From Bugula neritina (Eukaryota > Animalia > Bryozoa), in contig OZ037765.1 of assembly GCA_964035545.1 (NCBI GenBank), forward strand, positions 26,535,504-26,599,503: a stretch of DNA of 64,000 nucleotides, in the 5' to 3' direction. A program made the position numbers and the translations under genes. Below are positions 49,101 through 63,683 of this stretch, one piece after another (within the stretch, counting starts at the first letter, position 1; every line of letters starts with the position of its first letter). The notes beneath the pieces were generated by a model that was not told the DNA's origin, did no database searches, and saw nothing but the letters and a program-made list of their open reading frames with translations.

Positions 49101-50227
49101 CCGCAAGTTTGTGTAATAAGAACATTTCCTGATCTTTTGATAAGGTAATGGGTTGTGTGGGTAAATAAGAATACCCAGCAGCCGGCTTCCATTGATATTG
49201 TTTTTGTACTTCGTTATTTTCGTACACCTTTGGTTGATAACTGGCTTCTTGGTGACTATGTACTCCATGCGATTGTCCATTAGTAACCTTTCTCTCCCCT
49301 TCTGGATATTTCTCTAGAGAATTAGCTACTCCATTTTCACTGAGTGATTGGTGATAGGTTTTGTTGTATGCTGCATCAGATGAAGCTATAGGAGGAAGCA
49401 CAGCGTGATTCTTCCATTCTGAGTTGGGTTGCTGTTTAGTATAAGCACCCTATATAATAAACATCACTATAATAACATATCAACTTGTTTATAAAAATAG
49501 ATTCCATACACATTCAACTACCGATACTTCATATTCACAATGACATTTCTGTTTAAAATTATTGATTTTGGTAAATATTACTAACCAGTTGTATGCTGGT
49601 TAAATTGAGCATCTCGACTGTATGCATACAGAACTGTTTTTCATTCACATTCACCTACCTCTGGAGATGTTGAGCCAACCATTCCAAATTCTGTTTGAAC
49701 TCCATCATCCTGAGTAGTCTTTGCTGTAGGGGTTTGTATAAGTCGTCCTTCTTTAGACAGGCGAAATGATCTACGCAATAAGTAAAAAACATGCCATGCC
49801 TTCCACAACACTTCTTTGAAAAATATTCATGGTTTCTCTAGTCAAACTTGCAATATAATTTACTAAAATCGATAATAAAATAAAATCTTACTTTTGTGTT
49901 TCTTTAACATATCTTGGTTTTCCTCCAACTATTTTGGTTCGAAATGTCGGTGTAAACTGAGTTCCAAAAGGTGCGTTTCTGTTAATGAATCCTTCGGTCA
50001 TTATACCAGATACATGTCCTTCGAAAGGGGGTAAGTCCGCCTGCAATGCCAGGTGCATGTGTTAGGACTTTGCATATTGAACTGAACTCTTGGGTTAGCA
50101 ATACAAGTCAAATGTGAAATAATAGAAATGAACAAAACAACAAATGCTTGAACAAGGCTTCAGTGGAACAAAAGTTTAGAGAAGCCAATAATGAGATGTC
50201 ACTTACCCTTCTCCCACATTTAGGCAT
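43137..50227 (-). CDS. C1orf87: C1orf87-like EF-hand-related protein
   Basis: About 12 exons from ATG 50227. Segments FRTKIVGGKPRYVKE, DHSLSGW...LQKHG, IDYEKMLSFL, LRAAFSKADRS, WTDFIEILER and WFAGFRKMAEALYRHDLDRKGSMKAEQCRWLISEYNEIFDLQL parallel recalled human C1orf87 (WIDRFRKLENALYLCDLSNTGVLEKERARRLIHNYNLIYNLSL). Confidence 0.8.
44924..46047. repeat. Pair of inverted ~80-bp arms built from 15-bp tandem units (foldback/MITE-like), intronic
   Basis: 44934-45003 (CCGAAGGTGCATTGCT units ending CCGAAAATTAGTAGA) is the reverse complement of about 45968-46037. No TSD found. Confidence 0.6.
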
Positions 50228-51212
50228 TATGTCGAGTAACAATTACTATTCATTGATTATGTAATCAAAATAAGTTGTATTGTCATTAGCTGATCAGAAA
50301 ACAATGCAACTCATCAATCTAAATATTATAAAGGCAGCACGAAAGAAACTTGAGCTGCTTAATAATTTAGCAGACTGCAGCCATGTTGCTGTAGTCACTA
50401 ACTTCACATTGTATACATTTGATGATGTGTTGCTAACTCGCGCATTCAATATGCTCTATTCAGCAACGACTACAATGAGTAACCTAGGTCAAAGTAAACA
50501 ACTCTATCAATGCAGCTCATTGGATGTTATTTGAAGATATGAAATAATGAATGGCACTTTATATAAATGAAAGTTATTAGAAATTGTAAAGAACATTTTA
50601 TTGTATAGATTTTGAAAAATGAAACACAGTTTATACATGCAGACAGCCATTAACCAAATAAATGATAAAAAAATTAAAGTTATGGACTGCAATTTGCAAA
50701 GATTTTAAAATGAGGACGGATATAAGTACATATACATAACATAAACAATAAATTATAAACAATCAATTAAAATAACTTAAAATGTTTATGACCAGAGTTC
50801 AAACTGGGCACAGTATTACATTAGGTAACATAAGAAAAATAAGAAAATGACAGAAAATTTATAAAACCATCAATAAAATAAAAAAAGTTCAATTCCGTGC
50901 ACTATTTCATTTTTAACACCTGGACGGAAAAATGCACATGGAGCGATAAAATAAATTTGATACAGAAACAAATAATCTACAACACAGCTACAGTCTCCAT
51001 TCATAAAAAAAGACAAAACAAAACATCTATAGATACAAATGATGTCTAAATGTAAATAAGTCTATTCTATAGCAAAATAATATCAAGTAGAGCAACATTA
51101 CACCTACTAAAATCAATATATTATTATATAGTGTCAAGTTCTAATAACTTTAAATAATTTAGAAAAAAAACTAAGTTCCTAAAATCATTACATTATTGAA
51201 ATTAAAACAGTA

Positions 51213-54200
51213 TCACCCATGGGACGGAATTTCATCATCTCTTAAGGAGTTGTCTGGAGATAAGGTATTATTAAGTCGATCCTGCAGAGGGGAGGTAAAT
51301 CCGAGTGATCCAAGCAGACTTTTTCCATTGAAGTTGTCGACTGTGTTGAGTTTACTAGGACTGAGGCGGAATGTAGAATTATTCAGTGTGAGTGGCGAGT
51401 GGGCACTGGTGAGGAGAGAGGTTGTACCAAGGAGTCTGGTGGAAGGGAGACCCATCTGAGCTGCTACTCTCATCTCTGACTGCATTATCTGCTCCCTGAT
51501 CATCTCCTCTTTGGACTTACTACTGTTGAAGAGGACACATTATTACTTCAACACGTGTGTAAAACCACAGTTGATACTGTGCACTATAGAATTGAATGAT
51601 ACTCATGTATGTAAGGGATACATAATACTATATCTAATCAACTCATGCATGTTTATTGTCACTATTCCTGTGAAAAACCCTGATGGAAAGGTTTTTTTTA
51701 AAGGACTTATTCAGATGTGGCACAGGAGCAATTATGACCGGATGCTCTTCCTAACATCACCAATGGCCTTTACTAGAGTTCGAACCCATGGCCCCGTGTT
51801 TACTAAACTATCACTCGAACCCCTAGACCACGGCTGCTCTGTAAAACACTATATCTAATACTACTCTAGTAAATTATTGTCAAGAAAAAATTTAAGCTCT
51901 AAGTTCTCTATCAAAGAGTTGCCAATCTAGTACGAGAAGTCAACCAACGCCCAAGTAAGCTTGCCTTTTATATATTATAGCATATAAGTATGGCTACAGG
52001 AGGTTAAGTTGAGCACTTGAGTTGTACTTGAGATGTCATTCTCATAACTTACTAGTACTACTTTAGAGCTCATTAATATAGATAAATCAACAACTGAACG
52101 TATCCATTAGTTCAACTCTTTGTACTCATGAACTACAATGGTGCTAGAACAACTGCTTCACATGAGCATATAACGTGATTTCAATTTATAGTGATTGTTA
52201 AATACAATGGACAGGCATATAAACCAGAAGAAACCCTCTCATTTCCATAGAATTAGTATAATCATACTATATATATAGTGTAATTAATTCTCATCTATTA
52301 TATTTTCAGACAAAATGCCATTATCACAACTAAAACTTTTCAGTTAATGGTTTACTTTTTTATATTCTTGCATTTGAATTATTTTAAAAAAAATTTATAT
52401 CTAAAAGATTTAAAAAAATTAAATTGCAGACACTTTATATTAACATATTCTAGATAATCAAATACTGCAGTGACTATAATTCTTACAAGCAGTGTACACA
52501 GCACTTAAGCTTATGAGTTGAGAATTTTTCTGAACAACTCATTAAGCATTTACCTGAAAACCTTTTTATTGCCTTTACTCTGTAGCAGCCTCTTTCTCAG
52601 TTTCATATTCTCTTCCTCTAAAGACCTCAACTGATTCTTAGTGACCGTGTGCATGAGTTGTTCATGTTTCAGTTTACTCTCTAACTCAACAACCTATTGG
52701 GTAGAGTAAAAAGATATATTCTAATCAGGTTACCATAAGACTATAAACAATTCAAATCTAAGTGAGAATTTAAATTTAAATTACTGAGTCCAGTTAAAAT
52801 ACTTACACCAAATAACAACATCAACTTACAAATTTATTACAGGCAAAAGCCTGAAATACTGATTATTTCACAATTAGCAGATTTCAAATATACATTTAAA
52901 TTTTAAACCAACATAACGAACTGATTCATCATGCATCTTTCAACATTTATTTATATATATACGTGCATCAATGAAAACAAGCCTATAGCTCAGTACCTAC
53001 TGTTCATATTTAAAGCGATCATAAGATCCCATCTAGTAGTTCACCCAACTGCAGTTCATAACTGTAGTTGTTTATTGTCAACTATAAAAGTTTATTTAAC
53101 ATTCACAGTTTTAGTATTTCAGTGTGACTTGGAGAGATGTAAAAACAACACAAACTTTGAGTCTGGAGTTTTCAGTGTGTTCGGAACTTCCATCAGATTT
53201 GAGTTTACTCCTCTCATTGTCGAGTAAGTTCTGTAGTCGTACACTCCACTCCGTCATTGTCCTGTTCAGCTCTGCTCTAGTGAGATTATCAATCTTAGAC
53301 GACTCTAGACCGTGAGCGGCAGCATTTCCCTCCATCCTAGTCAGCATATTCTTTAGCTCACTCAACTCTAGCTCCAAGTCCAGGTTCCTGCATAGAGAGC
53401 ATCAATACTTTCAGTTCAAAATTCTAAACTTAGTTATAATTAGAAGATTTTACTAACAATTCAAATAAAAACTTCCTACTTGTTCATAAATATGAAAGTA
53501 AATCCCTTATTATATGTAACAAAGTATTTCACAAGACATATCTAATTGAACTATATCATCAAGAAATGCAATATATATTAGAAATGTAGCATGAAAAGCA
53601 GCACAGAAAGAATAATTAGGATAATTTCATGAAATACATATTGTTATTGCTGCATATAGTTATGATCTACTGTATTATATGTATATGATCAAGTATTAGA
53701 AGCTATAGAGCGTAACAATAGTATGTATAGCAATATAGCTTATAAAGTATTATAGCTATAACCAGCCTAGAATGTAGATACCCACAAGGACAGATCATCT
53801 GACTATCTGGTGAGTAACACATACACATTATATAACTCAACACATGTAAAGAGGCACACACTGACCTCTTATTCAGTCGATCCTCAATGTCATCATGAGT
53901 AATAAGAGATTCCTTTGACTTATTCAGCTTAGCTTCAGTCTCCACCAACTTTGGCTCCAGAATTAAACATTTTTGTTTGTAGCGCTGAGCCTCCTCCTCC
54001 AACCCACTTAACTCTGCCTTCAGTCTAGAAATAGTGGAGGTGAGCTCGTGATTGGCCAACTGCAGAGTAGTTCTCTCCTGATCACTTGAAGCTCTGCCAA
54101 AACAAGAACAAGCTTCTGATATAACACACAATATGCCAAAGTAAAAGTAAGTAAATAAAGAAACTTTAGCATGTATTAACTTTGGTATACGAACTATTAA

Positions 54201-57200
54201 ACCAAAACTGAAAGATGTTGGCCAACATGGCTAGCTAACTTTTCCTACTTTTCCATTTGTGTCATTTTTACCTGTGCCATTTTTACCTGCGCCATTATTA
54301 CCTGTGCCATAATTACATGCATGTGCCACTTTTACCTGGGGCATTTTTACCTGTGCCATTTTTACTTGTGCCATTTTTACCCGTGCCATTTTTACCTGTG
54401 CTATTTTTACCTGTGCCATTATTACCGGACACCACTCTACGCTATAATGCAACTTACAGTTGAGCCTTCAGCTGCTGCATCTGGTTCTTATTTCTAGTCT
54501 CCAGCAAGTCCTTGTGTGAGTCTAGTTGTTCTCTCAGTGAGCTGTTTTCACTCTGAAGTGCCTCTATCTCCCTCAAGTACATCTCAACCTGCAGTAGACA
54601 TCAGTGCGCAGGTTACATAAGCAAGTAGTGTATGCATTACATCATAATAAATACTCAAGTAATCAAATTATCCTACAGCTATAGCAGTCAATGAGACATA
54701 TAAATAAATATCAAGTATAATAGTTGAATGAACAGCTATGTCAGCTATGTAAAGATGCTATCAAATATAAATTACTCCAATTTGGCTTATGAAAGACAGC
54801 ATTGAGTACTGAGTAGGAAATATGAATTATGAACAAAATTTTATGGGTGCACAATAAGAATATAGCAACTTTTTCTAAACTCATTATATGGGTTGTTTTA
54901 CCTAATTTAGTACACGCTCTATATCTTTAGTCTTTGGCTATTTTTTCCAATTTAGAAGCTAATGTATATGTTTTTGCTTTAAACTAATAAAATATTAGCA
55001 AATACAACTACATAATCAAGCTTTTTTTCAAATTAAGCTTATTTTCTATGTTTTTCTTAATTATGTAATAACAGACATAAATGTTTGTGATGGTTTTTTC
55101 ATCGCAGTTCGCGTGTGCGTGCTTGCATAACAGAGCATAAGATAGTTTGTCTACATTTACCTTGTAATCTGCAGAGACCTTGTTGCTTTCCATGTCGTCT
55201 CTCTCACTCTTTAAGTAATGCATTTTCTCCTTCTCAATCTTCACATCACTCTCTGCCTTTACCAGGGCAGAGGTCAACTCAGATATCCTCTCTTCCGCTC
55301 TCAACTGCAGGTAAAAGAAACGTTTATTACTGCACAACCTGCGCAGAAGTACCCTATTAAAGTCAGTAAACTTGAGCAGTTAAATAAAATCAATAATGTT
55401 ATCATGTAAATTTTACTTTTCAACATGTGGGTGAATATTTTTTAAAGGCTGCAATACTGATTATTCAACAAATTATAATCCATATTATAAATTATGCAAA
55501 AGATAATTGAAGTATTATGCGTTTAATAAAAGAGCAATAAGTCAATAAGGAATGAATAGAAAACACAATCAAGATCTAGCAAAGACAAGGACAAGTAAAT
55601 ATTGTATAGTTAATCAAAATAGCATAATTGTATGCAGCCACACTTACAAGAAACTTACTCTAGTATAGCAATAACTTATAGCAAGTAGCAAAGAATTGCA
55701 ATTAACTTTGATTCAATCACATCCTTCAATTGGAACACTCTGAGTAAGATGTTTGTATCATTTAAATGACAACATAATATATACTGCATGTGAAGAAATC
55801 TAATGCTTCTGCATGTATATCATAGCGCTTCCAACATCACAGAAATTTAAAGCAACAGCAAAAATACAGCAATCACAGCATACTGCATAAAACTGTTGTT
55901 AGCTAAAGCAAATCAAAACCACCAAAATTTAACATAGTTATATTAATCAGAATTTCCAAACCAATCAAGCTTGACCTGCAAATCACATATATATTATATC
56001 TACAGCACATACCATCCTAGACCTGGTATCTTCCAGCTGTTCCTTAACATTGCCCGCTTTCTGCTCAGCCAACCTCTCGCTAACCTGACTCTCTTGTAAC
56101 TGAGATTTGAGAAGTTCAGCTTTCTTCTCCAGAGAGTGGAGAGAAGACAACTGAGTCTGCTTACTCTCGTTCATCACGGAAATTGTGGCCTCGGCAGCTT
56201 TCAGATCTGAGCTGACCTGCAACAGCAGCACTTCGAGAATAGAAACACAGCTTAAGGTCCTGCAACATAAAGTGAAAACTGTATGTGGGTGAAAACTGTA
56301 TGTGGGTGAAAACCTGGTGTGGGAGTTATCTGCCCCACAAATATGCCGTTTAAAGGATTGCTCTATCTTGTCTAATAAATGGCCATTTAGGTCAAACACA
56401 CATAATATTGTGTTTTTCTAAGCATGCATTGACAAAAAGCATTTGACCAAAGGTAGAAAAAGTTAGTTGAAGTTGAGGGTGTAGATTGGTAACAGCCAAA
56501 ACGCCGATTTTGAAATGAGCTGGGAACTGTGACGTAACAGCGCCAGCATTCCTGCTGGTCACGTGACTATACAAATGAATAACTATAGAAATATGACTGT
56601 GAGATGTGATCTTTCAGCTCGTAATTTGTATATTTATAGAAGTGCAAATGTGAATTATCTCAATCTATAGTTTTTTGACATGTTAAATAACATGTATGTG
56701 ATAACGTTAGGCCATATTTTGCTTGTAAGCATAGAAAAAAGCATTGCAAAAACATGCATTCTTTAGGTGAATGCCTGCGATCGATCTAAACTAGGTCAAA
56801 TTGTACAATATTACGGGCGCACCAAAGCTGACCTATATAGCGCACTGTAACTGCTTGAGCGTTATTGGTTGATGTTGCGCTCAGCAACCTTGAATACTAG
56901 CGTTATAGTTAGCACGTGCAGCATAGTTACTGGCGTTCACACGTCACGTATTAGGCTATTCTTTTTCATGGCTGAAAATTTTACCTCCCTCAAAATTGGA
57001 ATTTTGAAAAGCTGTTTTCTAGGCATATATCCCTTTGCAAAGTCACAATTGTTTGCATACACATTAGATTATAGTTCATAATTATAATGTGATTGTAATA
57101 AACTAAGATAGAGCAATCCTTTAAAGAAGCAAAAACTGAGTAACCAATCAAATTACACCTTTGATTGGTGTTACGAGATATTTAATTTTCAAATTAGATC

Positions 57201-60200
57201 AAACCCCACTTTTAATAATGCAGAATAGATATAGCTAAAATATTGAAAACAAAACCGCTAGGCCAATTAGATAAAACTTGCAGCAACTTTTCACTGTATG
57301 TTGACAACATAAAATATACATGTATACAATACTCCCATTTTGCTGTATGCAAACAATTTTTGGAGATTGAGTTCTGCTTAAAAAATTTTTCGTTCCCAAA
57401 TCAAATATTTAATAAAAAGTACTCATGTGTTTAATACCAAGAATGTTTATTTGTTATCCAACCTGATTGAATTTGTCTTGCAGAGTTGTCTTCTCTTTCT
57501 CATATTGCAGCTGTTTTTGTTTGATCTCTTCATTAGCTTCATTTACTAGAGCTTTCATTTTGCCAACTTCTACAGCTTGTTTACTTTCCACATCCGCCAC
57601 AGCAGATTTTAGTTGGTCAATTGTTGACTGATAAACAAATAGCAACATATATTTTTTCTTAATTGAAAGAAAACCATCAGCCAAAACTGAATTTCTGTTT
57701 AAATAACCAAAAACAATGACAGTGGATACTAACAGTAAGAGTATAAACTATTGAGTATCAAATGCTAATTATTAACCTGATCTTTGTCCTTCTTGTCGTT
57801 GACAGACAGCAATTCATTTCTCAATCTCATTTCTACAGAACGCTGCTCCTGCAACTCATCTTCAAGTCGACGAACTTGAATCTCCAGTTCCTTCTTACTT
57901 CGAGACTCGCTGTCGAGCTCTCTTAGACTTTGCTCAAATGATTGAATTTGCTGATCTCGCTGTCGAACAGCTTGATTCAGTTCTTCAACTTTCCCTCTAA
58001 AAACATTTACATGCACATGAGGTATCTTGTACACTATTTTGTACAATTAGGAGTCTCTAGTACATTTTATTCATACTATTCATTCAATTCTGAAGAGAAA
58101 TCCCACTATAATCTGAATTATCTTTATGTACATTATTTATTTACTTTGAAATCCACACAATCTTGCATTTAAGTATTACTAAGTTTTACATTGCATAAGA
58201 AAAAGGCAACTGTGCAAATATCAGTAGGTGAGAATCAACGGACCACTGATGTGAATTTTCATCATGATGAACAAAAATGCACTTTTATATCTAGAATGAT
58301 TTTAAGTATTTACTTATGTTGGTATTCTGATTCATTCAGCTGTGACTCGAGCTCTTTGATTTTGCCTAGTTTGAGCTCAACTTCCTTTTTACTACTAGAA
58401 GCTAATTCAGACAGCTTTGCAATTTCATTTTCTTTTTTATTCAGTTGCTTCTTGGCATTCTCCAACTCAGAATTTACCTAAACAAATTCAGTACATCATA
58501 TTTTAATACTTATTTTAAAAATATGAATTTTTTTAATATTTTTAAAATAAGTATTAAAAATATGAAATAGGAAGCAGCCGTGGCCTAGGGTTAGAGCTTT
58601 GCCTAGTAAGCACGGAGTCATGGGTTCGAACCCCAGTAAAGGCTATTGGCAATGTTAGGAAGAACATCCAGTCATAATTGCTCCTGTGCCTCATTTAAAT
58701 AAGTCCTGAGCCCGATTTAACAAAAACCCCTTACACCAGGGGTTTTCTCACAGAGATGGTGACTGTAAAACTTTCGTGAGTTTTTAAAAATATGAAATGA
58801 CAAAATACTCCTAGTCCATAACATTAACATAAACACTTTTTCCAAAAAAATTAGTTAAAAACAACGCAGTGTAAATTAAATAAACTTAAAATATGAGCAA
58901 TTAAGGTAAACACAGTTTGTAAAAAAACAGTATATAATAAGTTTAACAACACAAACCATTTTTGAAAATTAACTTTTTAAGCACTGACTGATATACTGTA
59001 AAGATAGTATTTTATCAACATATGCAAAATAAATATAACAAATTGATGATTACCATGCTGAAGAATTGAAAGAGCTGAAATTAAATTATATATTAGAACT
59101 TAATTTCTTTTTTTGACTTTCAAGATAAGTAAATACATTCGCATTCTCAAAGTAATAGATCAAATCATATATATAACAATGTAAAACAAGCTGCATAGCG
59201 TTTCACGCTAAATGCAGTCTTTGCTGGGCTTTGTTAGCTGATGGGCAAAGTGACCACATTCACTATAATATATTGTAAATATGGTGTCCAAAATTACCAT
59301 GAAAACATAGTTATAGTTTTATTTGACCACATAATAGTGTACAGCATAATGTAACATGAAACACAGAATCAAGAGGAACTCAAAGCAAAGAATAATCTCA
59401 TGAATAAGCTTTTGGTACCACTATGTGGTAATATAAGTCAGTTTTGTAGATTTGGTGCTGGTAAAAGACAAAAAATCACATTACTCTATTAAGCACTTTA
59501 AAATATTATTAATAATTATAATAACCCGAATTCTTTTTTTTTCTTATATATACATGCCACTAAAAAGATCATCATATTAGAGAGAACTTACTCTATCCTT
59601 TTCAAAGCCCATGTTGGTCTGTGCAGCATCAAGATTTGTTTTCAACTCCAGGTTCTGCTGTTTCATATCCTGCAAACTTCTGCTGAGTTGCATCACTTCC
59701 TGTTTATGCTCCGCCTCCACTTTAGCCGCTTGTAACTTGGCTTCATGCTTTTCTTCTGTCAGCCGATTCCTTTCTTCAGAGAGATCCTAAAAGTTAAAAT
59801 GTTGTATGGAAGGACAATAATCTGACTTGTGAAATAATCTTAACAAAAAAAAACATTTCTATAATAAAATAATAAGCAACATAACAAATATTTTTGTATT
59901 AAAACCTTTCAAATTAGGCTGTTAATTTGAAAACTTCATTTATTTCCTTAAACCTAATACGAAAACAGACTGCTACTACAAATCATACCACCATAGTAAA
60001 ATATGAGAGTTAATAGTGTGGTAAAATTGTGTATAGTATAACTAAGGCTGTATTTCCCTTATTTTTATTAACTTCATTCCCATGGAATGCGTGTTTTCCT
60101 AGATATACATCATTACATAGCTATAGTATTGTAACAGCTAAGTGTTATGTTGGCAATGATAGGATTAGCTATTATTCCCAGCTACTTATTACTACTAACG

Positions 60201-63200
60201 TGACTGGATTAGCTATTGTTTCTGACGACTCACGGGAACACTTATATAATCAAGATAACCGGGATTTCCCTGCGAAGTTCGCTCGATTCGAGCGACCCCT
60301 TTACTCTAGCCCTGCGAATCCCCTGCGGTTCGAGCGATTCGAGCGAATTCCCTCGAATTCGCTCGGAACATTCTGGTGGGAATGTTTCCCAACGTATAAA
60401 AGGAGGCCCTCAACACAGTAGAGTCAGTCTTCAGCCAGCAGCACAACAGGACACATCTCGGAGCTACCAAGCCAGGACAATAACACACTTAGTTAATTAT
60501 CTTATACTTTGGTTACCAGTTTACTAGTGAGTTTTCCATACATGTAAGGAGTTGTCCTCCCTAACTGCTATTTTTGGATTTATATATATTATGGAGTAAA
60601 TAAAGGGGATTGTGAGTATTACGTTTCTTATTTATTGTGCATAAATACCCTCCTACAAAGAGTCACTGTGTTCAATCAGCTAACAACCCACACCAATAAT
60701 TGCATGCAGCGAATCATAACATTCTACGCATAAAATTATTACAATAGTTTAGCAATAAATACACTAAAGTCTATGTGGTGAATTAATTATTATATGATGT
60801 ACATACAATTATAAATTGTATATAAAGACATGCACACAATTGTTTAGCAAAGAAAAGTGTTTTGGCCAGCAGCTGGCATCCATTGGAAGGCAACAGGGAA
60901 ATTGACTTATTCATAATTGAAGACACACAGCACTTAAAACATACTTTCTATGACTAGCTGAAACTGAGCTCTAAGCAATGAGTGTCTAATTCAGAAACCT
61001 GATCACTGCAGCACATAAATTTGCTAGCTATTATAAACTAACTAGCCCATCAGTGTAGTGTACTGATTGCTAAAATCAAATATAAAATAGCAAGGATTTT
61101 GAATTATTTTACATTATATAAGCAAGAGAATCACAAACAATCTGATATAACAGAAACTCAGTATAATTCATCAAACAGCAATAGAAGCAGATGAATTCTA
61201 ACAGAACAGTGATGCTAATAGCAAACATAACTTAAACAAGCCCAAATAACCTTAATAGAAGAATCTAATTATGCGCACGCTGTAACGTTATGCATCTATG
61301 TTTTGCCAAATATCATTTACAAAGAGCAAAAAAATGATTTCCTAGCCTAAAAATACATTGGACACACCCATGCATAAGAGTGTTCATACCGAAATTTCAG
61401 ATAAACTCTACAAGCAAAATGACTTGAAAAGGTAAGCATCGCATTGATGAGCTAGAGGTGGGAGCAGAATAAAATTAGCAGCCATTTTTATTCTCCACAA
61501 GCATTTTAATGTTAGAAAGTATCAACATGATCAGCTCTTCGTTTCAATAACTTAACACTACAGAGCAGCAGGCAGCATCATGGAAGAATTTCCTTTGACT
61601 TAATTTTAAGTATCGTTATATTCTACTCGGAGCATCTATATTTTAAACTGTAAATTTATCAAAAACATTGTCTCTTATTTGGCTTCATCTGAAACTGCAC
61701 ATACTTTAGGACCGTATAGAAGAGTTATCGACCAACAAAGTTACTGTAGTTACTGTATCAAATACCTTTTCTTTCTCTTTATGACTAGATAAATCTGACT
61801 GAGTTTCTGAGAGTCGAGCCTGCAACTCTGCTAGTTTCACTTTGTACACCTCAACGTCCTTACTCAGGTCAGCCTTCTGCGACCGGAAAGTTTCAAGGCT
61901 GTCGGTGAGGGAAGTCACTTCCCGAGAAAGTTTACTGACTTCATGGCTGTGGTTGGTTGCTTCCCTTTCATTTTCTGACTTGAGTTTATTGTACTCTAAC
62001 TGACTGAGTGAAAGATTGGTCTTTAACTCATCAATCTAATTGTAAAAACCAGATGCATTTTTTTATATGTGAAAATTTAGGCGCTAAGATGATTTACAAA
62101 TACTTACCAAGTTGAATAGGCATATGAAGAGTAATTGACTACAAAATTTTAAAACTTTTCATAAAAAACAAGTTAAAGCATCTCTAATAAATAAAATTTT
62201 TACAAATATTTCAAGAGTAAAGTATGCAATGTAATACACCGACACCAACCTGTTTTTGGGCAGACAATAAGCTCTCTTCAGTAGTAAACTGAGAGTCTTC
62301 TTGATGGTGAAGACGTGACGAAATGCTCTCAAACTCTCCTGCCTTGGCTACCAGCTGTTGGTAGAGGTCATCAATCTGTTTCATTAGAACAAATAGTTTG
62401 TTATAAAATATGAAATATATTGAAAAAATTATTTAAGACAATCTACCTCATGTAACATTGGCATATCTAACAATTTAAAAGAAATTTTTTTTTTACTAAA
62501 TAATAGCACCAAACACTGACTTGCTTTTGCATTTTCCCAGCTTGGTCTTTGCTTACGATTAGCTCTTCTCTAGCATTCATATGCTTGCCTTCTAACAACT
62601 CATATCTTTCTTTTAACACCTTGATTTCTTCAACCTTCTCATTAAGTTCCAACTGCAGATTCGATTTCTAACACCAAATAAAATATAAAATATATTAGGA
62701 AAATAATTTATATAACATTTAAACAAGATTGAAATGGCTTACCCAGTCAACAAAAATCTATTTTTATTTTGCTTATAATCAGACACTCAATAAAAGCATC
62801 ATATTTGAACAGAAAACCAACTGCATAAAAAGTAGAGCTATTACATATATGAATTATAATAGAATGATTTACATTGTAAAATACTACCTGACTGCTGTAG
62901 AGCTCAGTGTCTCGACTTGTACTTAGTAAGTTGACGTTGGCACTTTCAATCTCATTATTCAGCCCTTCAACTTTTTCTTCAAGTTCAATTTTAGCTTCAG
63001 TGAGTCGTTTATTCTTATCTTTAAGTGTGTTCATATCAGCTTGGAAACCATTTATCTGTTGATAAGTAGACAGCAGATAGTAAAAATTGGATATTCTCCT
63101 AAATTTTGTAACCTCTAAACTTGTTATAAAAGCTCAATAATTACCAATACAACAAGATTTGTCCAATTAAAAGCAGAATTTATTTTCATTCGAGCTTTAG

Positions 63201-63683
63201 GAACTTGATCTAGAAAATACGGAAATATTTTGAAGCTTCCTAACACATGAGTTCTTAACACACGGAAAACCAGTGAATTGTTTCCAACGGACACACCTCT
63301 TCAAACCAATTAATGGATTGCATATTATAGTAAAACTTAGCAGAAATTTGACAATAACATAAAATGCACATACTAAACAAATTTATGTGTTATTTTGACA
63401 ATTGGAACTTTGGACGAAGTAAAGTACCAGAGATACAAAACACACACCTGAACAGACAACTCTTCTATCTGTTGTTGTTGTCTGTCCTTTTCAGATTCCT
63501 CAGAGTTGTGCTCTTTTTGTAACAATTCAATTTCTTTTATAGCTTCATCCAATGACAAAGCTTTAGCATTTAGTTGTTCTTGAAGACTATTTATCTCATT
63601 TTCTTTCAATTTCAAACTTCTTTCCATTTGAAGCATTTTAGTTTTTATTGAACTCAATTCAGACTTGAGATTCATAACCTCAT
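51213..63683 (-). CDS. Long coiled-coil protein (centrosomal/golgin/myosin-tail-like), 5' end beyond the window
   Basis: About 16 GT-AG exons of heptad-rich E/K/L/Q sequence (e.g. 63683-63449, 62035-61767, 57995-57777, 54093-53866, 53387-53156) and a Ser/Leu-rich terminal exon ending in TGA at 51213. Orthologue not recognised. Confidence 0.8.
51639..51840 (-). mobile_element. tRNA-derived SINE, copy 2
   Basis: Same family as the 40981 and 58569 copies; flanking direct repeat ACTATATCTAAT. Confidence 0.8.
54258..54433. repeat. 15-bp-unit minisatellite (TGTGCCATTTTTACC)n, probably a transposon-end remnant
   Basis: About 10 degenerate units ending in ATTACCGGACACC; intronic. Confidence 0.85.
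56255..57312. mobile_element. Possible degenerate Kolobok-like non-autonomous element
   Basis: TTAAGG start; partial inverted match CAACATAAAGTGAAAA / TTTTCACTGTATGTTG; internal GTCACGTGAC and TGACGT motifs; higher CpG than the flanking intron. Right end and TSD are unclear. Confidence 0.35.
58569..58783 (+). mobile_element. tRNA-derived SINE, copy 3
   Basis: A-box TGGCCTAGGG, B-box GGTTCGAACC; TSD TTAAAAATATGAAAT at 58554-58568 and 58784-58798. Confidence 0.85.
60017..60743 (+). mobile_element. Solo LTR of the same Gypsy family
   Basis: TG...CA, 727 bp, reverse complement of the 716-bp LTRs with scattered substitutions and 11 bp extra, apparently an additional U3 repeat unit; TSD ATAG on both sides; intronic, antisense to the host gene. 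Confidence 0.95.

Noticed and set aside
54231-54463. Pentapeptide-repeat ORFs (AQVKM)n, or a CRISPR-like array
   Set aside because: A head-to-tail 15-bp minisatellite without spacers, in a eukaryotic intron.
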